Assembly (NCBI RefSeq): GCF_001194135.2
Contig: NC_068985.1
Span: forward strand, 20,104,759 to 20,146,487
Source of the DNA: Octopus bimaculoides
Taxonomy: Eukaryota
DNA length: 41,729 nt
Direction: 5' to 3'
Part shown: positions 35,639 to 41,729 of the stretch, piece by piece
Layout of the letters: every line of letters starts with the position of its first letter
How positions within the stretch are numbered: position 1 is the first letter of the stretch
Notes under the pieces: generated by a model
Database searches by the model: none
What the model was told of the DNA's origin: nothing
The model's input: the letters and a program-made list of their open reading frames with translations, nothing else
Translations under genes and position numbers: made by a program

Positions 35639-35695
35639 CAGGGACCGGTTTCGGATTTAACGAATCTTACCGATTGTCTATTCCTCTTCAGCCTG
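35639..35695 (-). ncRNA. Minimal type I hammerhead ribozyme, canonical core
   Basis: CAGG-CUGAAGA-GGA(26 nt)UCC-GAAA-CCGGU-C-CCUG. All core nucleotides are canonical, with G10.1-C11.1, palindromic ACCGGU stem III, GUC triplet and 4-bp stem I. Predicted cleavage between 35643 and 35642. Confidence 0.72.
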
Positions 35696-36169
35696 ATATA
35701 CATATACCTACATATATGCATATACGTACATTCAGGCATATGCGTACATGCATATATATGACTGTATGTGTGTATGTATGGAGACAGTGTATGTGTGTAT
35801 GTCTGACTGTATGTGTGTATGTATGGAGACAGTGACCGAGAAAGAAAGAAAATGAGAGTGATTCAGAAAGAGAGAAGAAATAAGAGAAATATAGAAGGAA
35901 AAAATAAATGAAAAGTGATGTGTTTTGTCCAAAGCACACGGCAAACAATTATCGTTTATTGCCAGCTTTAACACATGTTGTAGAACAGCAAAGAATGAAA
36001 CATTAATTATTTATCGCTAATCAGGAATACAATTTATTTCCTCTTATTTCGAGATTTTACTTTCTCTCTCTTTGACTCTGTCTCTTCTCGGTTTTTGCTT
36101 GTTTTCTCGTGTTTTCCTCTGTTTGTAACGTTTCTATGACACATCCTTTCACTAACTTACCCCTCTGTG

Positions 36170-36213
<44 letters not shown>

Positions 36214-36394
36214 CAAACATATACACTAACACGACTCTCGTCGTCACATCTGTATCGATTTCTCTCCCTTTCAAACGCGTCTCTTATCCTCACGCGGTCA
36301 AGTATTCACACTTTCACTCTTCGCGTCTTCCGAAAAAAAAAACCCCCCTCCAAAACAACTACAAAAAAAAACAAAAAAAACAGAAGCGTAAATC

Positions 36395-36545
36395 GTGACT
36401 GTATGGTAAGTAGTTTCCTTCTCATCCACATGGTTCCGGCTTCATTTTCACTGCGTAACACCTTGGGGGAATTGTCTTCTTGTATAGCCCCGAGTCGACT
36501 CTTGTGAGTAGATTTGATTGATGGAAACTGACAGAAGCTCGTCGG
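36395..36545 (+). mobile_element. SINE family B, 5' half
   Basis: tggtaagtag..catggttccggcttca..caccttggggg..gatggaaactgacagaagctcgtcg. Confidence 0.75.
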
Positions 36546-36667
36546 ATATATATTACCTCCCCTTCTATCTGCCTCTCCTGTCAAAACCTTTTCTCCCAAC
36601 TAGCCGCCATGCCTGATCACTAAATCCCCAAGTTTTTTTTTTTATTCTCTCTCTGTTTATTTTCTCT

Positions 36668-36777
36668 TATTCCTTTCTGTTGAAGAGCGTAGTCTCGAAA
36701 CGTATTTCTCACTTTCCCGAGCGTCAAACTCATACACCTGCTTGTTGTTCATACACTTGTCTTCGTCTTTTGTTTTT
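36668..36777 (+). repeat. Short interspersed repeat carrying a hammerhead-like fold (copy 2; 3' strand of stem I lost)
   Basis: cctttCTGTTGAAGAGcgtagtCTCGAAACGTA..ttcccgagcgtca..ttgtcttcgtc; homologous to 31391-31504. Confidence 0.7.
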
Positions 36778-37189
36778 CTGTAAATTTCAACTGTATATAT
36801 AGATGAGTAGCAAAGATGTATAAGTGTCAATTCATTACGGCCGTTTCGCGCTACTCCTTTAATTGATCAATGAAAGTATTACAGCGTTACAGATAAAGCC
36901 ATTATCATCAGATGGCCGCATAGATCTCAAGCATAAAGGACAAGTTAGATATCTAAACATATTCATATTATCAATAGAGAGCAAATATTTACAATGATTT
37001 CGCTGCTAAATTTTATTTTGCAGAATGGATGGTACCATCTGCATACACTGCATGAATATCGGATGGAAAAATTCTATGTAAAATTTGATACTCACATTGG
37101 TTGAGTTTGCAAATATGTTCCTCCTAACAATGTACCTCAATTTAAGCACCTAATTCGACTGAATATAGATTACTTTTTTTATATATACA

Positions 37190-37480
37190 GCATAAAGAGC
37201 CGGAAGAAATGCTGCTAAGCGTTTCGTCCAACACTTTAATGATTCTGCTAGCTCGCTACTTTACTACGAATAATATTTTCTAACTTTGGCACAAAGCCGA
37301 CAATTTTCATGGCGTGAGGAATCGAGTTCATCCACCCTAGTAACTGCGACTTATTTTATCGACGACGAAATTATAGAAAACAAAGTCGACCTTAGAAGAA
37401 TTTGTAGTTGGAAAGAGCCGGAAGAAATGTCGTTAAATATTTTGTCGGAAGCGCTAACAATTCTGTAAGCTCACCGCCTT
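37190..37480 (-). mobile_element. Two old SINE family A pieces (37190-37260 head; 37268-37480 full)
   Basis: aaagagccggaagaaatg..ctaa..attctg..agctc occurs twice. Confidence 0.6.
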
Positions 37481-37951
37481 ACTACGGTTAATAATAAAAA
37501 AAATATTCATAACGGAACAGTATTGTAACTTTAATAACTTCTTTCGATTTACCATGGCAAACTGTCATCATTTTGTTATCGTGTCATTTTTTTTTAACCT
37601 TGATAAAAAACAGATAACAAACAGCTTATCTGTTTATAGTGACAACAAATCTTCGTAGTCAATTTATTGTATGTCTCCTTAGAAACTAAAATAGGACATT
37701 GATTTGTGTTTTTCTGTGAGACTTTCATTGATTTCAAATTTTTTAATTGGTTATAAGTCTGTAGTATCATTAATGGACACTGTCGGCATTTTAAATTTAT
37801 TGGTTTAACGCAATTAATTTTTTTCCGTGCAAGAAATTTTACGTGATTCCATTTTAACTTGCAGGCAATCGAAAATGATTTCTCTGTATACATCACTATA
37901 CATTACTTTTTATACATTACTTTATACATACATACACACACGCCACGCACG

Positions 37952-37994
<43 letters not shown>

Positions 37995-38086
37995 NNNNNN
38001 NNNNNNNNNNNNNNNNNNNNNNNNNNNNNNNNNNNNNNNNNNNNNNNNNNNNNNNNNNNNNNNNNNNNNNNNNNNNNNNNNNNNNN

Positions 38087-38136
<50 letters not shown>

Positions 38137-38963
38137 TTATGAGTTGAAATTGATGAAATATTCAGACTATAATTTCAGCAGTTCCTAAAAGCTAAAAGAA
38201 TATATATGAATTTATGTGAAATATTGAAAATACAGCTAGGCAATCTATGAAGTAAAAATAAAAATGCTAGAACTTTGATATATGAATAAAATGCTTCAGT
38301 GTAGTTGTATGAAATATATCAACAGATAAAATGTTTTACCAACATTATGCGATTTTCTGGGAAAGAATATATGCAACAATAGAATTAAATATATTAAAAG
38401 AAGAATGCGAGTTCTTGTTTCCCTATTCAGGATGGAATTCGTGAAGCAATGATTTTCGTTGGAGATTGACTGCCTCAAGTAACATGTCTAGGAAACAAGA
38501 ACAGAGTCCCTAGTTTGCTTGTGCTATATGCATCACTCAGGTAGGGTACATATACTGAATACAAAGGTGTCCATAAATTAAATTTACAATTTCAACAAAA
38601 AAAAAGAAAGAAAATTCAGAAAAAAAGCTGAAAAATAGGGTTAACTCAGCAGAGCTTAGAGGAAAACACAGGCAAAGTTTTATTAGAAACATCAGAACAC
38701 TTCTACGTATATTCAATTGGTTGCCAGGAAGTTGATTGATCGATCTCAACTTTAATAGATACACTAAACTGTGAAAGGTGTAAAGATAATTCATAAACAT
38801 CCTATATATTAATTCAAGATACGTAGTTCTGCACTGTAGTCTCGTTGAAAGTACTACTGTAATTATAGGCACTTTTATTTAAATCTACCACATGATAAAA
38901 CTATCTTGGTTGTGGCCATCACCAATAAAAGTGCTCCTGTCGTATGTGCTATTAGTATTTTAA

Positions 38964-39186
38964 GTGGCGAGCTGCCAAAACCGTTATGGCTCCAGAAAAA
39001 CAAAATGCTTAACGGTATTTCTTCTGAATTTACGTTCTGTATTCAAATGCCACCGGGGTCGACTTTGCCTTTCATCTTTCAACTGGTACTTATAAAATTA
39101 GTACTAGCTGAATTCTGGGATCGATGTAATCGACTTATCCCTCCCACGAAATTGCTGGCCTTGTACTAAAATTTGAAACCAATATT
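38964..39186 (+). mobile_element. SINE family A, tail type 2
   Basis: Head gtggcgagctgcc; tail ttgtactaaaatttgaaaccaatatt. Confidence 0.8.
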
Positions 39187-39195
39187 TTAAATAAA

Positions 39196-39410
39196 GGGCG
39201 AGCTAGCAGAATCCTTAGTACACCGGGCAAAATGTTGTCGGCATTTCGTCCCTCTTTACGTTCTGTGTTCAAATTTCCCCGAAGTCGACTTTGCCTTTCA
39301 CCCTGTTGAGATCGATAAAATAAGTATCAATTGAGCATTGGGGTCGATGAAATCAGCTTACAACCTCGTCCAAAATTCTTGGCCTTGTGCCAAAATTTGA
39401 AGCCAATATT
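39196..39410 (+). mobile_element. SINE family A, tail type 2, adjacent tandem copy
   Basis: Head gggcgagctagcagaatccttag; tail ttgtgccaaaatttgaagccaatatt. Confidence 0.8.
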
Positions 39411-40416
39411 TTATATATAAATCAATAAGATATCAGCATAATTTGACTTAAGCTCTGAAGAACTATGAAATAACAGAGCTAGTTGCGGGAGGAAATTTCA
39501 ACCCTAGTTTTATGAATTTTAGATGAATTTTTAAGTAGACAATCCATACTTGGACAAGTAGTAAATGCAAAGGGACGCCGGTATATGAAACAATTAAGAG
39601 AGATATTAACATACTTAACGCAGAGAACCACTAAAATTTAATTAATACAAATCAAAGTCTGAGTGAAGAAAGAAAAAAATTATCTTAATAAACAGTTCTG
39701 GCTAAGAAAGACATGGGAAGCAACTCTTCAAGAGATTAAAATGATTACAATTTAATTTAGAATAGATGCAATGGGGAGTGAATTTCATTTTCGGCAGTAC
39801 TGTGAGAACGCTAGACACGTTTCAGTTTTATTACACCTCATCTGTGAAGTACATTCATAGATAATTTGGTTGTTAAATTCTTAAATGATTTTGGTCAGTA
39901 AAACATTTCCTCGCAATATTTTCAACATCATAAGAAGTATTATGTTACTTCATTGTCATTGTAGAAACAATCTGTTCAATACAAGCATAATTTTATCAGT
40001 AGTTAATAATTGTTTTGATTGTTTTATAAATGTTTCACCTTTAACGTAACTTGGTCAGTTTTACCATTTAATCAGTAACACAATTAGATACCATTGAAGT
40101 GAAACATGAAACTGAGCTGTGTTTGTGGTTAAAAACAAAACAAAACAGAAAACAAAGCAAAACAAAAGTTTATGAAAATAAATTCATAGAGTGAAGAAAC
40201 TATTTTCATCCCTAAATGTTGTCAAGGAAACGGGAAGAATGATTGTTTGACAATCATCCACTAGAAATGAGATTTTAATCATTGCACTGCAGATGACAGT
40301 TATATAAGTTATCCCTTGCGTTGTCACTAACACAGACTGCCATAAACATGTTTTTCTCAGTGGCAACGTCAAGAGAAATAATATTTTATTTATGTCGGCA
40401 TGCGCGCACACACACA

Positions 40417-40483
<67 letters not shown>

Positions 40484-40605
40484 TACCTTATTCATATATT
40501 AAAATATACATATATATCGACTTATATAATTGTACGTGGTTAAAAATTCAAAGGTGCACATGCATACATGCTCACCAATATATACGGAGGTGATGTACAG
40601 GAATT

Positions 40606-40811
40606 ATATATTAGAAAAAATAATAAGGTACTCAGATATCTGGATGGTTGTCTCCTTATAGACAAATCCTCTGAAGTAAAATCACATCTGAAGAATCTAC
40701 AAGAATAGATGCAAGCGCTAATTATTTATAAAACATGTGACATATTAATAAAAATCTGTAAACGTACAACCATCCAGATATCTGAGTACCTTATTATTTT
40801 ATCTAATATAT
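40606..40811. mobile_element. 206-bp MITE-like element with 46-bp terminal inverted repeats
   Basis: 40606-40651 versus the reverse complement of 40766-40811: 45 of 46 identical; 114-bp spacer. Confidence 0.7.
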
Positions 40812-40830
40812 GCTTACCTTTAGCATACAT

Positions 40831-40862
<32 letters not shown>

Positions 40863-41729
40863 GCTAAAGGTAAGCCGAGTTAGCAGTTGTAGTAACCGTC
40901 TAAGGGATAATAGTATCCGTATTTACTATCGGTATCAATTTAATGTGCTATCCCTGGGCATTGGTATGCAGGCACACTATGCTCATAGGGTACAAGTAAC
41001 AACAGAGTAAACAAAAGTTTATCAGGAACCAAATTTAATTAATCAGATAATGGAGAAACTTTTGATCAACAGACAAATTCAAACAGCTGTGCCTTTTCTC
41101 TCATTGAGTTTTCATCTGCAGTTCCTTCCTTCCAACATAACAGTGTTTCGCTCCATAAGCACAAAGTGTTACACCCTAGAAATAAAAAGTACCTGCTACA
41201 GAATGACGCAATCTTGCTCGTGACTGCTATCGATGAGTGGAAATCGATCTGATCGGCGTTTAATGTCAGACCACATCGAATACCCCAATCTAAATGTCGC
41301 TATTATGATTCCAATGTCAAGAAATTCTAAGTGAGTCATGAGTTTCGAGAGAATGAATAAATCTGTATATCCAAATGCAAACACACATACACACACACGC
41401 GCTCGCTCGCATACACACATACACTCACAAGCGTTGATTAATGTCAAACGAATCAGAGGAGAGTGCTCAATGCGTGTTTTCGAGTTTGGCTTTGCTGAAA
41501 CTGGATGTTTATCGGGTGACTTGAGTTTCATGTCATTGTTATATTATTCAGGCAGTTGCACACTTCAGACTAACAACTATAAAAGTACCACTTCACCAAG
41601 TTGTAATAATTCTAGTTTTAAGCTGACACTGGTATGAGACTCAAGTGGCGAGATAAATGTTACTTTTCAGTAAACCATGTATTTATGTATATATGCAGGC
41701 ACGCATGTTAATATATATATATATATATA

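Noticed and set aside
38411-38502. 12-bp inverted repeat and acceptor-like ttccctattcAG
   Set aside because: All three frames hit stops quickly, and a 12-bp IR is expected by chance at this scale.
39452-39479. GCT-CTGAAGA-ACTAT-GAAA-TAAC-AGAGC
   Set aside because: No viable stem II and no U16.1/H17 site; chance match.

Overview
AT-rich, intron- or intergenic-like eukaryotic DNA from a fragmented short-read assembly. Nine N-gaps total about 3.1 kb, and eight of them directly abut a microsatellite. I found no supportable host protein-coding gene; most long ORFs in the track are microsatellite or N artefacts. The repeat families look like coleoid cephalopod (Octopus) SINEs, which is an inference from recall and not database-checked. 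The window is a transposon graveyard. It holds about 25 tRNA-derived SINE copies from three families, two stacked R4/Dong-type LINE pieces in a (TAA)n tract, an RTE-clade LINE fragment, a Helitron Rep relic, two mariner relics, several MITE-like inverted-repeat elements and a Penelope-like (GIY-YIG) relic. The best hidden signal is a set of hammerhead-ribozyme folds. One minimal type I hammerhead has a fully canonical core (35639-35695, minus strand). A two-copy core variant (CUGUUGA-A) and several decayed or G3-variant folds also occur. Together they suggest multiple Penelope- or retrozyme-like self-cleaving RNA families. Other notable structures are a ~208-bp inverted repeat with a G.U-biased mismatch spectrum and a SINE trimer with precise identical junctions.
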